Below, one piece after another: positions 28,300-41,984 of a DNA stretch of 64,000 bases; position 1 is the first letter of the stretch, and each line of letters opens with the position of its first letter. Below the pieces are notes generated by a model. It did not search any database, was not told the origin of the DNA, and was given only the letters and a program-made list of their open reading frames with translations. The stretch is from the human T2T-CHM13v2.0 reference genome, Homo sapiens: assembly GCF_009914755.1 (NCBI RefSeq), contig NC_060942.1; one strand, 5' to 3'. The translations under genes and the position numbers were made by a program.

Positions 28300-28559
28300 T
28301 TTTTATCAACGTTTGGTGAATGAATCAATAAAATATGACTGTAGAACTCCTAACCTTACTTTGAAGACAACACTTGTTATATTCTATCCAGAAAATGGAA
28401 ACACAGGAAATGTACTGGGAAAGAGAATAAAGGTGTCAATCAGAAACCACAGTGGTTAGTCAGAATGAAGGGCCATACAGTGCATAAATGTGCACATGGA
28501 ATTGAAACTTAGGAATGTTGAGATTCTCAGGGCCAATTGTGGGTCTGGAAAAAGAATAT

Positions 28560-29670
28560 CTTCATCATTCCATGTTGAGTCAGTAGGACTCAGAAGCAGG
28601 AAGAAGATACCACTAGCTACTAATGGGACACTTTGAGAAACAATAATGAGGATAATCTCAATAGATTAAGACATTTGAATATGTTTAAACTTATAAGTAC
28701 ATGAGAATACAGACAACAACAAGATATTGTTCAGTATTGGAGGATGCTAGGAAACAAACTAATTACTTTGAAAACGTGTATAAAAGGAAATGGTCCAACA
28801 TTTTAACCTGCCATTCCTATGTAGTCTGTACTTTTGGCTAACTAAATAACAGAATGGAAGGATAATTCTTTATGATAGTTTTTTGCTAATAAATGAAGAA
28901 AAATTAATAGATGTAGAATATTACTCTTTTAAATCCCTAATGAATTAATACAAAGGCATTCATGGTTAACAGCTGCTGACATTACAACAAGAGGGTACAT
29001 CTTGTTGAAACACACACCACCACTGATAAAATGTTCTAGCTAAAGGCAATTTATACCAACTACCAATAAAGAGTAAATAATTAGTAAGTGAATTAAAACT
29101 GCAGTTATTTTTATAAAATCTGTAAACGTAAATTTACAAGAATTTATAAATTATAAATTTATTTTTAAAACTAATAAATAGTGATTAAAAAACACAAAAA
29201 TATATGGGAATGAACTCAGTAAAATAGAAAATCTAGAAAACTCTGTGGAACAAATGACCCAGTCAGTTTCTTCAACACATCAATTTAGAAAAAGAAATAA
29301 ATCGAGAGATGAAGGGGAAACCTATAGATTAAGAGAGACAATGTAAAGTTACTAAAATCATTGACGACTATACTTAAACTCAGTAAATGTTATGGTGTGT
29401 TAATTGCACCTGTGTGTGTTTTTTTAAAGAGAAACTTAAACATTATACTAATCAATGAACTGATCTTATTTTTATCTTGATCCAATCAAACAACTGTTAG
29501 CCAAAATTGCTATTTAGGATACAATTAGAAATGTAAACATTTACAAGATATTTGATGGTATTAAGGAATTCTCAATTTTATTCTATGTGATAATGTATTG
29601 CAGTCAGGTTAAAAAAGAAAAATGAAGACCCCTTATCTTGTAGCGATGTACATTGAAAAATGAAATGAAA
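28560..29670 (+). mobile_element. L1MC4/L1MC5-like 3'UTR fragment
   Basis: ttggaggatgctaggaaac...gctaataaatgaagaa...cctaatgaattaat...tatttgatggtattaaggaatt. Confidence 0.7.
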
Positions 29671-30912
29671 ACAAAAAAGTTGATTTCCAAAATTTAAAGC
29701 CTACATAACTGTGTTTTGCAGTTCCAGAATATCATGGAGAGGGGGTGCAAAGTGGCATTGATCTGTAAGAGGTTTCAGCAGGAAAGTTTCTTTTCTGGGG
29801 CTTAACAGGGATGCTCAGATTTTTGCCTGAAATTTTACTAACACTCCAGTAAGGAAAATGCAGTTCTTGCTATGCTGGCTCAGTTTTGATGTCCCACGAC
29901 CTCTGCCCGAAGGAACTATTCCCAGCTGGTAAATGCAAAGATCCACTGCAAGTTCAAAAAAGCATAATTTAAAAATATACACACATCACCCTAAATAGAG
30001 ACATAGATCAAATACACATTAGAGAAAATAAATGTATGGTTCATTTAGAGTCATCTTATTTTCTCTTAGAAACATTTTCCTAATTAGAATAATTGCTAGG
30101 CTATTTACAGTCACTTAATTTTCACATTTTTTGAAATTTATTTTAAATAGAATGCAAATTTTGTTAAGAGGCAGTTATTCCCTAGACGCTTAGAAAATGT
30201 ATATATTTTAATGTACCTGGTGATGCATGATTGGAACTGCATAACTGTGACTGAATTTATATTAAAGAAGTAGGCAATTTTATGATCATTATTAATGGTT
30301 GTAGCTGTGCAGGCAAAGACAATGATATGGGTAATTGAATCTCATGCTTCAGAGCACAAAGTGATTGCTGTGAAGAAATCAGGGGAAAATGTCTTGCCCC
30401 ATGTAGAGCATTACACATTTGAAGACTTAGGTAGAGGAGGATGAGGAAAGATCACCTTTTCCTGAGGTGTAAGGGATTTAGTGCAGGGGAACATCTCATT
30501 GAGTAAAACAATGGCATTGGTCCTGCATTAAAATTCATCACAAGTTCCATTCAACCTACACATTCTGTGAGACTATGGGTAGGGTCATGTCAAACCTATG
30601 GTTATGTGAGTGAGTGTCAGCTCTTTTCTGGCACATTGAGCAGGAAAAAGGAACAGTGGTCTGAAAGATACATAGAAAGAAAGGGAGGAAGGAAAGGAGG
30701 GAGAGAAGTAGGGAAGGAGGAAGAAAGACCACCTTTGAAGTTACAGTACCAAACAAAACTAAGAAATGGGTTCTGAGCCAAAGGTGCTGGGATTGCCAAA
30801 TATAAACAAAACCAAGACTTTTGGTCGTTTCATAAAGAACCATTATTAGGCAAAACTTGAATTTTCAAAGGAAACTTTGACCTGTGGCAGCTCCTATGGA
30901 ACCACACCTTAC

Positions 30913-31063
30913 CTTTGATTCCTTGCAGCAAGGCAGTTAATACATGCACTACTAGAGCATATGGCCATTCTTTCTTCTCAGAAAGCTCAATAAATAGACA
31001 AAATGTTTACATGGATTCCATGCACTCAATGAACACTTTTGAAACGGGCACTGATCCTGCATG
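30913..31063 (-). ncRNA. Candidate internal exon (151 nt)
   Basis: Minus strand tctttccatacttttccccctgcag|CATGCAGG...AATCAAAG|GTAAGG. Strong acceptor and donor in unique sequence. Prediction only. Confidence 0.45.
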
Positions 31064-31158
31064 CTGCAGGGGGAAAAGTATGGAAAGATCACCCTCAACT
31101 TCCCTCTGTGCCCTTATTATTATTACTATTTTTTTCCCATAGAAAGTGAGGAGCCTTT

Positions 31159-32357
31159 TGAGAAGTGTCTGTTCATATCCTTCACCCACTTTTTGATGGG
31201 GTTGTTTTTTTCTTGTAAATTTGTTTAAGTTCTTTGTAGATTCTGGATATTAGCGCTTTGTCAGATGGATAGACTTCAAAAATTTTCTCCCATTCTGTAG
31301 GGTGCCTGTTCACTCTGATGATAGTTTCTTTTGCTGTGCAGAGGCTCTTTAGTTTACTTAGATCCCATTTGTCAATTTTGGCTTTTGTTTCCATTGCTTT
31401 TGGTGTTTTAGTCATGAAGTCCTTGCCCATGCCTATGTCCTGAATGGTATTGCCTAGATTTTCTTCTAGGGGATTTATGGTTTTAGGTCTTATGTTTAAG
31501 TCTTTAATCCATCTTCAGTTAATTTTTGTATAAGGTGTAAGGAAGGGATCCAGTTTCTGTTTTCTGCATATGCGGCCAGCAAACATGAAGAAAAGCTCAT
31601 CATCACTGTTCGTTAGAGAAACGCAAATCAAAACCACAATGAGATACCATCTCTTGCCAGTTAGAATGGCCATCATTAAAATGTCAGGAAACAACAGATG
31701 CTGGAGAGGATGTGGAGATATAGGAAAGCTCTAACACTGTTGGTGGGAGTGTACATTAGTTCAACTATTGTGGAAGACAGTGTGGCAATTCCTCAAGGAT
31801 CTAGAACCAGAAATACCATTTGACCTAGCAATCCCATTACTGGGTATATACCCAAAGGATTATAAATCATTCTACTGTAAAGACACATGCACACATATGT
31901 TTATTGCAGCACTGTTCATAATAGCAAAGACTTGGAACCAACCAAAATGCCCATCAATGATAGACTAGATAAAGAAAATGTGGCACATATACACCATGGA
32001 ATACTAAGCAGCCATAAAAAAGGGTGAGTTCATGTTCTTTGCAGGGACATGGACGAAGCTGGAAACCATCATTCTCAGCAAACTAACACAGGAACAGAAA
32101 ACCAAACACCGCATGTTCTCACTCATAAGTGGGAGTTGAACAATGAGAACACATGGACACATGGAGGGAGACATCACACACAAAGGCCTGTCAGGGGTGG
32201 GGGGCTGGGGGGTGATAGCATTAGGAGAAATACCTAATGTAGATGACGGGTTGATGGGTGCAGCAAACAACCATGGCACGTGTATACCTGTGTAACAAAC
32301 CTGCACTTTCTGCACATGTGTCCCAGAACTTAAAGTATAACAATAATAATAACAATA
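31159..32357 (+). mobile_element. L1PA (L1PA6/7-like), 5'-truncated with 5' inversion (twin priming); 31159-31572 is on the minus strand
   Basis: Minus ORF 31182-31430 ([23 protein letters not shown]) and plus ORF 31768-31968 (CKDTCTHMFIAALF) are consecutive ORF2 parts in opposite orientation. 3'UTR and A-rich tail present. TSD aaagtga(g/a)gagccttt at 31143-31158 and 32358-32373. Confidence 0.95.
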
Positions 32358-32942
32358 AAAGTGAAGAGCCTTTCCAGTAGCAAGTCAACTTTAAACCACA
32401 AATCCAAAGCCAAGTTGTTATATCAGGTTTATTAATAAATATGACATTTTAATTCATCCACTTATCTGTGCCTTATTTCTTTTCATGGATTCTAACATTG
32501 GGAAGGGGAAAAAGGATACCCTAAATTCCCAATGCTGAGGTCTAGAAAAAAATAATAGTGATCAATCTAGTGTTCTCATTGTATCACTGTGCACCTCACA
32601 GTTTAGTTTTACAGACCATTCTTTGATTTCATAGCTCAGGCACCATGCTGTCTGTGAAGTATGTTCTGGACCCCACACCTCACTCGGTTGGGTTAAGGGG
32701 TTAAAATCTAAATTGAGTGAAAAACTTGGATTAGGTCTGAGATTTCTGTGGCTTCCTCTGCTTCTCTCTGCTGCAGTACTTAGTGCATTTTATTAAAACT
32801 GACTGTTTACTTTTCTTATTTGTCACCCCTGCTAGAGAGTGAATTCCTTTCCAACAGAGACAAGTTTGCATATTTGTATTTTCAGCTTCTAATACAGTGC
32901 TTGCCTTCAGAGAGGATTTGCTGAATCAAAATGAATTTCCAA

Positions 32943-33234
<292 letters not shown>

Positions 33235-36200
33235 GTTTTCCCCTTAAACTTATTTGTCTAAAATCTGACTACCCATCATATTTGATGTGATATCTGGATT
33301 TCATGTTTGATGTTACATGCTGCTCACCAGGAAGAACTACTAAATACGTTGTTCTTACCATATCAGAAAGCTGCAGAGGATATTCTCTCTTGTTTTTCTC
33401 TTTCTAAGAAAGAGGTTAAGGACACTTGGTGGCTCCAGAAGTCTCTGTGAGAATCATAATACTCCTAACCGGAAAGCTCCTTAGCCTTTGGAATTAATCG
33501 TCCACCCATGGGATTTCAGTCTTAGCCTCCCTCTTTTTCTTGGTCCCTTAGGCTGACGTCCTGGTTTAAGATGCTGGCTTATCATGATATCTTGTTAAAG
33601 GCATATTCTGTTCTTTTTCTTCTCCAAGGGGAGGGTGTAGGAAAGGGTCCTAGATTATAAGGGGCATGCCTAACTAGCTCTCAGATCAAATCCTTTAAGT
33701 CTTGAGGATAAGATTCTTCTTGAAGGGAATAAGATGCACTCTTTGATTCTTCATCTCTGAAATGATGGAAGTGAAACTAGAAATTGTTTACAGTTCCAAG
33801 ATTTAAAAAATAAAGAGTTTATTTCTAAGATGACTTTCTTAACTTATTCAGTTCACATACGTCTCCTTTCTCTAAAGTCCTAAAGCAGTTAATATTCCAT
33901 ACTCCACAATTTCTCAGTTGATTACATATATTGTTTGGTAATGTTCACTAATTATCTCTTGTATAAAAATCTTGTTACTGTAAATAGATTGTACAGTCTT
34001 TGAGTTTAGGAAAAACATCCTTTGCTTCCTCTTATTCCCTACATATCAGTTCTTCCTTTTGCTCTTTTTCTCTGTACCTAGGTAACTGCCTAATCTCTTT
34101 GTCCTTTCCTCTAGATTTAACAGAGCAATGTTTAGAGTTCTTTATAGCTTACAAAATATTTTCTCCCATATTAGACATTTGGTTCTCATCTAAATCCTGG
34201 GAATTAAGCATTCAATTATCCTCATTTTCTTTTTTTTTTGTAAACGAGGAAGCTGAAGTTTAGGGTTTTCTTCCCCTTATGTCTGTTTACCTAGTTAGAT
34301 GATAGAGCTAGAACTGGAGGTTGAACTAGATTCTTTCCCTTTAAAGTTTTGTTCTTACTATTTATCTTGCTTTATGGTAAAAAGGAAATAGCAACAAAGA
34401 CAAGAAAAAGAAAAATAATATATAAGGCATCAAATTTTTTTACTATATATTACATTTTTGTGACTAAGTGGAAGTGGTGCTATAAAATCGGACAAGGGTT
34501 TTCATTGAAGACTTAAGGAATACAGAAGGAATGTATGGAGCACTTATGAGTATGGAGCAGAATTTAGACACCATTCTCACCTTTAAGGTGACACTAGTGG
34601 TACAGGACAATAACATTTCAACCCACCACCAACATAATGTGAATGTGATAACCTTTCCTTTTTCTCAGGGCTCCACTATTTAGCACACAGTTGTGTAACA
34701 TACGAGAGGAGAAAAAGGCTTCTGAGAGACAAAAAATAACTTGCAAAAATTGCTGGCCCTAAAGATCCTATCTTTTTTTTGTTTCATAAAGTAGTTTTTA
34801 ATGCCCTAACTCACAGCCTACTTGCTTACATTTAGCTTTGCCACACCTTTCATTACCTGGGGTTTCCTATCCCACAGTAGAATAGAAATAAGCAGGATAG
34901 TAAAACTGTAGGAAGCACTGGTAGAAATTGGCATGGTGGTTAGCGGCAAGAATCGATTGCATAACAGTAAAGAATAGGAGAAGAAACAATATAAAGATAA
35001 TTTGTAACTCCCATAGTTCAGAATTTTTCACAAAAGGGCAGCACTGTTAGAGCCCCACACATCTTTTGTGGAGCTGAAGTTATTCACTCAGTCATGTATC
35101 CATTTATCCGTTCACTAATTTAGCAAGTATTGAAGTGCCAGGCACTACAGCAATTCTGCATATATGAAGATGGGCATATATTCTGCTTCCATGGTGCTCA
35201 GAATTTATTGTGGGGCAAAAAGTAAGTAAACCAAAAATTATAAAAAAGTTAGGGAAAAATGGTTAAATATAAGAAGAATATGGTGTGAAGGCCCTGGGTG
35301 AATTTAACCCAGCCGGTGGAGAGGAGGGAAGGGAGATGGGCAGGGAAATTGGTAGCAGAATGTGTTGTGAGGAAAGGAAATCAATTAGGAGAAAGGTCAC
35401 AAAGGGGAAGCTCAAGCTAAACCATGGTAGCAACAGCATCTAATCTGTGTAAATAGCTAAATGGGAATAAAAGGGGAGAGTGATGTAGGCGATACAATTC
35501 TTCTCAGTATTGTCTTCTAGAATTTGTCTTTGTGGAATCTTTCAACCATGAGGAAGTAACTATATTAATAATGTTTTGTATCATCTATAAAGACTGAAAC
35601 AGAATTGGCCACCTGGGTAGTATAATTTTTGAAGTCTAACAGTAGTTTTGCCTCTGTCTGAAATCTCAATGGTAATGCTTTCTTAAAGCATTAAAAGCCT
35701 TTGTTCAGATTCATTATTATTTGGTAGGTTTAACATATCCATCTAGAAATGGTAGTTAAGCCAACCACTAATTTATCAGAGCCCTAAGGTGAAGAAATGG
35801 CTAGCAGGCATGTGTTGGTTAGGATGTGTATGTGGGTGGCTGTTGTTGTGGGGAGAGTTATCACTCAGGAAAGAAAAGGTGGGATTCTTTATCAAGGATG
35901 TTACTAACTTCTCTTAGGAGTTCTAAGCAAATATAAGGACTTGGGGTGACCAGTAGGGAGCTAGGGGTGACAACAAAAAAGAAAGATCCAGAAAAGAGAA
36001 AAGTTGAAGGGTCAACATGAACCAGAACACATACAATAGGAGTATGTGTGCCTCTTTCAGTCAGGAGTCCAGATGAATCCATGGCACTGGAACTGAAACC
36101 ACAGTCCACACCTCTTCCAGCACTTCACTAACATTAGCAAGAGTAAAGGGGCAGCCACAAAAACTGAAGAAAAGAGTGAAGAGGGAGGCTTTGCAACCCT

Positions 36201-36436
36201 GTCCAACAAGTAGGTATTATTTCTATGAGCTATCTCGAGAAACGCCGGTCCTCTTGGTCATATCTCATCTCCAAACTGTGCTCTCAGAAGGATCTGTGCA
36301 TTCTGCCTTCCTATGCTACTTCTTCCCAACTTTTGAGCCCCTTCCACTGTGCCTTCTGGAATTCAAAATCACGACTAGCAAAAATCCCATCCCCTCAGCC
36401 TTCTCTCTGAAATTTCTTTTACCCTAGTTTTCTAAG

Positions 36437-36642
36437 GAAGGGTTTCTCGACCTCAACACTATTGACATTTTGGGTCAGATAATTCTTTGTTGTGGGTGGC
36501 TGTCCTGTACTTTGTGGGATATTCCACAGTATCCCTGACCTATATCCACTAGATGCCAGTAGCTCTTCCACCCCAGTTTGCTAAATGACCTGGTGGAGGG
36601 AATGCCATGTGGTTTAAAATCACTCCCCACTGAATACCACTA
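36437..36642 (+). mobile_element. MER20 hAT-Charlie relic
   Basis: ggtttctcgacctcaacactattgacattttgggtcagataattctttgttgtggg...ccactagatgccagtagc. Confidence 0.85.
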
Positions 36643-37159
36643 TGCTAATGGCACTAGCCTGTGCCCAAGGACATAGCTTTTCTTAAAACCTTCTCAAGAT
36701 ATGACTGGTTTTGTTTCTTCTATCAGCCCTCCTACAATTGGGAATGAAATGGGGTAGGCAACCATTTTGCTGCTTACTGTCACATCGGACCACTTTCCTT
36801 TCTTCTCTCCCTACTTCCCAAACATTTTAGCTTGAAATATCATGTCATCAGATTACATCATCCTCTACTTTTCATTTTGGTATTATCTTCTGATTTTTTA
36901 TTATTCTCCCATCATTTTTTGATTTTTTTTCAGCTCCTGGCTTCCTATATTAATTATTTTCAATTGTAGAACACATAAAAATGATTCTTCCAACACCCTG
37001 ACCCTCAGGTTCTTGGATTCCTTTCCACCACTCTACAGCAGCCTCTCTCACCATGGACGTATCCTAGACATTGTAACTACTAATACCTACAACTCCTCCC
37101 TCCATGAGTTTAATTCCATGCTGCTTGTTCTAATCTTTCCAATCCATTCATTCAGCTTC

Positions 37160-37618
37160 ACTGAATTATTTCTGGCCCTCTGAGAAGCACACGTAGAGAT
37201 ACGATTAGAAGTACAGGAGATTTACTTGGGAAAAATGTCAATGAAGAAAGATGGGAAGGAAGGTGGTTGATGTTGGCAGAACCTTCAGATGTTAGTGCAG
37301 GCCCTGTGGAGGAGAAAGGGAAGGATAAAAGTTTGGATAGGAAAAGTCTTTGATTGCAATGAAGTTTTAAGACAGTTTTTGCAGGTCTGATTGGGGGTCC
37401 TTTAGCCAAAGTTGCCCATTGGAAACTCCTGCATCTTCCGGGAATGAATCTGCCTTAATATCCCTCCTGTACTCAGTTGTTGGTATGGATATAATTTGGG
37501 GAAGTTTGACCTTGCCAAAAACGTAATGATAGATTTCAAAACTCACAAACTGGCAACATTGGGTAATTATACTCCCTGTACTTGGAGATCTGAGGGGTGG
37601 TTACTCATGGCCACCACA
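37160..37618 (-). mobile_element. LTR16C-like ERVL solo LTR
   Basis: gggggtcctttagccaaagttgcccattgga...gagatctgaggggtggttactcatggccaccaca terminus. Confidence 0.75.
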
Positions 37619-37883
37619 GATCCCTATCCCAACAATCCTCATTGTCCTTTTCTCCATCCCTACCTGGAAACTCTAACCCACTTATCTACCCTCTTTAACT
37701 GTCTTTTGATGTTCCCTCTTCCTTCTAATCCAATTTAAATTACATGGCTAATAATTATACTAACTTCTTTGTATAACCGCCTTCTCCTCTCTTGCTTCTT
37801 TATACTTGACTATTAAACTACAACTATAGTTAATACCAAATCTCTACCTATGGCTACTCCCACACAATTGGATAAGGCTGGAG

Positions 37884-37885
<2 letters not shown>

Positions 37886-37921
<36 letters not shown>

Positions 37922-37922
37922 A
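37886..37922. repeat. (CA)n microsatellite
   Basis: Direct reading. Confidence 0.95.
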
Positions 37923-38816
37923 GAATGTATCCTTCATCTTCACCTAGCTGATGACCTTGCTTCCTATTTTCTTACTTTCCAAAGCAAACTGAAACACTCA
38001 GAAGAGAGCTTCCACAGATGCCCACAACTATATCACTCCTTACCTTCCTGTGTCATGTTCCTCTCTATGTTCCTCTCTATGTTCAGTCCCTCTATCCTTT
38101 AATCCTCCCCTCTCTCCCCTGAAACACCATTTTTTATCCTCTGCCCTGGAACATTCCTGTCACCATACAAAATTCTGTTTTGTCTGTCTTTGAAAAACAA
38201 ACAAAAATTATCTTTTATATCTACATGAATTTCCTTGGTGATCTCATTCAATCTCATAGCTTTATGTTTCATTGAAATACCACTGACTCAAAAACTTAAA
38301 TGTCTAGTCCAGTCCTCTTCACTGCATTCCAGACTTGTCCAACCAGCAGTTAGTTAATATCTCCACATGTGTGTCTAGTAGACATCTCACACTCAATAAT
38401 GGCAGCAGTGAAGCCTTCACCTACTTTCCAGACACTTGCTCTGCTCCAGCTTAATTGATACAATCCTATCTTTCAAAGAAATCTGAGTTGTCTTTGATTC
38501 TTCTTTACTCCCTATGTCTGAACTATCAGGAAATCCTTTTATCTCTATCTTCAAAACATCCACAATGCAACCACTTCTCACCACCCTACCGAGACCTCTC
38601 AGGTTTCAACACTTCCATATCTTACCCAGATTATTGCTGTAGCTTGCTAAATGGTCTACCTGTTTCTATATTTGTTCATAGTCAATTCTTAACATGAAAA
38701 TGTGATTTTTAAAAAACAAATTTAAATTCTGTAACCTCTTCAAACTATTGCAGTCACTTCTTAAGGCAGACAGAAAAAAGCTAATGTCTTTGCAGGGGCC
38801 TATACTCCTTATATAA

Positions 38817-39366
<550 letters not shown>

Positions 39367-41326
39367 TAAAATTGCAGTCACCCCCTCCAACTGCCCAATT
39401 CTTCCTCGTTTTGCTGTAGTTATTCTTTTTTTTCCTATAGCACACATCACAGTCTAATATGCTATATAACTCATTTATTATGTTTATCATATATTTTTTA
39501 TTTCCCTCTGGCTAAAATGCAAACTCTATGCTAGTAGCCATCATCTTCACTGATGTATCCCAAACACTTTGAACATTACCCAGTAAATAGTAGGGTTTAA
39601 TAAGTATTTGTTGAATTAACAATGAATGAATGATAAACTGAATTTGGTAGACTTGTACATTTTGCCTCATTTCATGCCTCCCTCTGATGGTGGTGGCTGT
39701 AAATTAGGCATCTTTTATAGCTTGCCTTAAGGCTCTGTGAAAGCTTTAGTCATTCACATATTCATTGAGTATCAACTAAAAGTGTGGCATTGTTCTGATG
39801 AATATAAATAATTGACAATAGAATCTTGCTAAGACTAAGCAAAATGAGCATATTTTTTTCTCTGTCTTCCAAGAGAAACAGTATCCACTCAGATGGCTAA
39901 AGAAGATAGATTTCTATCTGGAAGAAATTTGCTGATTTTAAACCACTCTTCATAGCTCTACAAATCCTTCACTTCATCATTCATTTGCTATTTATTGTAA
40001 GCCCACTATGGGCTAAGTATTTTGACTTTTAAGCAATCCTAACCTCAGGCTGGTGTTGGGATCAGGGCTAGAGACATGGAGGAACAGATACATGATTTTC
40101 TCCTGGGCATCCATTTATGCCAATGTGATTAATTCCACAACAAACAAAAATCGTAGCACATGACAAAAAACCTATGTTCAACAGGCAAAAATACTCCTCT
40201 CCAAAAGACTATCTGGCAGGTACAAGCTTAAAGGTAAAAGAACATAAGCCACATCTTTTGTCCAGATGCAATTTTGGGAGCTGCTCCCCTACCTTACATC
40301 CCTGGAGGAAAACACTACAATATATCTTCTGGTGATGATTTGGGTAGCCTGGTCCAACATTGTAAGCTATTTTGAAGTATGCTGTTTTAAATTTGGTATG
40401 TTTGAAAGTGATTAGATAAGTTTAGTATATTGAGGTCAATGAATTATTAATTATGTATTCTTTTTAAATGTTGTAAGAGCTATACCTACACCTTCACTCC
40501 CTCCACCCCACCTTCTCATACCCTTAAGTTGGCTGTTTAAAGTGTGATTTAATTGTTTGAAGTAATTAAAGTATAAAAATACTCTTTATATTTTAAACTG
40601 ATAAAAGCACTTTTACACAGACACATGTAAAAGTACTCATTTCCCCCATATAATTGCCAGTACTTGAGAGTATCAAACTTAAATTTTTCTATTTATTAAC
40701 CTTCAGGCATAAAACAATACCTATTGCTACAATTCATTCTAACTTGATAAGTAGTGTGAAATAAGCCCCCCCCCTTTTCAGGCATTAAGTGAGGTAAGAA
40801 AAAAATTACTCTGTTTAAGTTAGTCCATGTTAATTAAAAGGGAACTCTGAAGTAAATTAGTTAAATTTAAGTATATTTTGCTGGTGAAAAATCTATGTTG
40901 TAAATTGCTTCTCTTTGTTGATAAGAAATGTCAAGGTTACAGACTATTTATTACTCAGAGAGCTAAACAGAGAATGTGCCTGATAAATAATGAGATTGAG
41001 AGAAAGTAAAACAGAAAAGTTGATTTATAATTATAGTTGACAGATTTCTTGTACGAGGGTTTTACTTTCAAGCAATGTATGTAAAGAGACAGAGTCTCTT
41101 GGTATTCACGTTTTACTCTTCATTCATGTACTATGAAACTTGCTTTTGAAAATTTTCTCATGTTTCACGAAGCATGCTTGAAAATTATGAAGTCATAAAC
41201 CATAACTGGTCTAAGAGCTAATACAATTTCATGAATGGGACTTCTTTAAAAATTTACCTACAACTAAAATTATAAAACTCAGCCACAATATCTCCAAAAC
41301 TACGAAACATCAAAACAGTGCCTGTA

Positions 41327-41682
<356 letters not shown>

Positions 41683-41984
41683 TTACAAAAATATAATTAT
41701 AAAGAAGGTGCTTTCAACAGCATCAAAACTTAAATATAACATAAAATCTTGCCTAACTTTGAAACTAATGAGACTTAGCATCTTTTCAGATATTCATTGA
41801 ATATCCCTTCTACATAAAATTTTTTAATGTAGCCTTTACCTAAGTTGTCAGCTTTTTTCCTATTTGATTTGCATGAATTCTTTATACTTTTCAGTATTAA
41901 TTATTTGTTGGCTGTATGCATTGTAAATGTCTTATTCCTCTATGTGATTCACTTTTACTTTTGTTTACTATAACTTTCCTCAAT

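Noticed and set aside
33359-34905. Short AG..GT-bounded minus segments (33359-33403 and ~34857-34905)
   Set aside because: Under 50 nt with modest signals, indistinguishable from random pseudo-exons.
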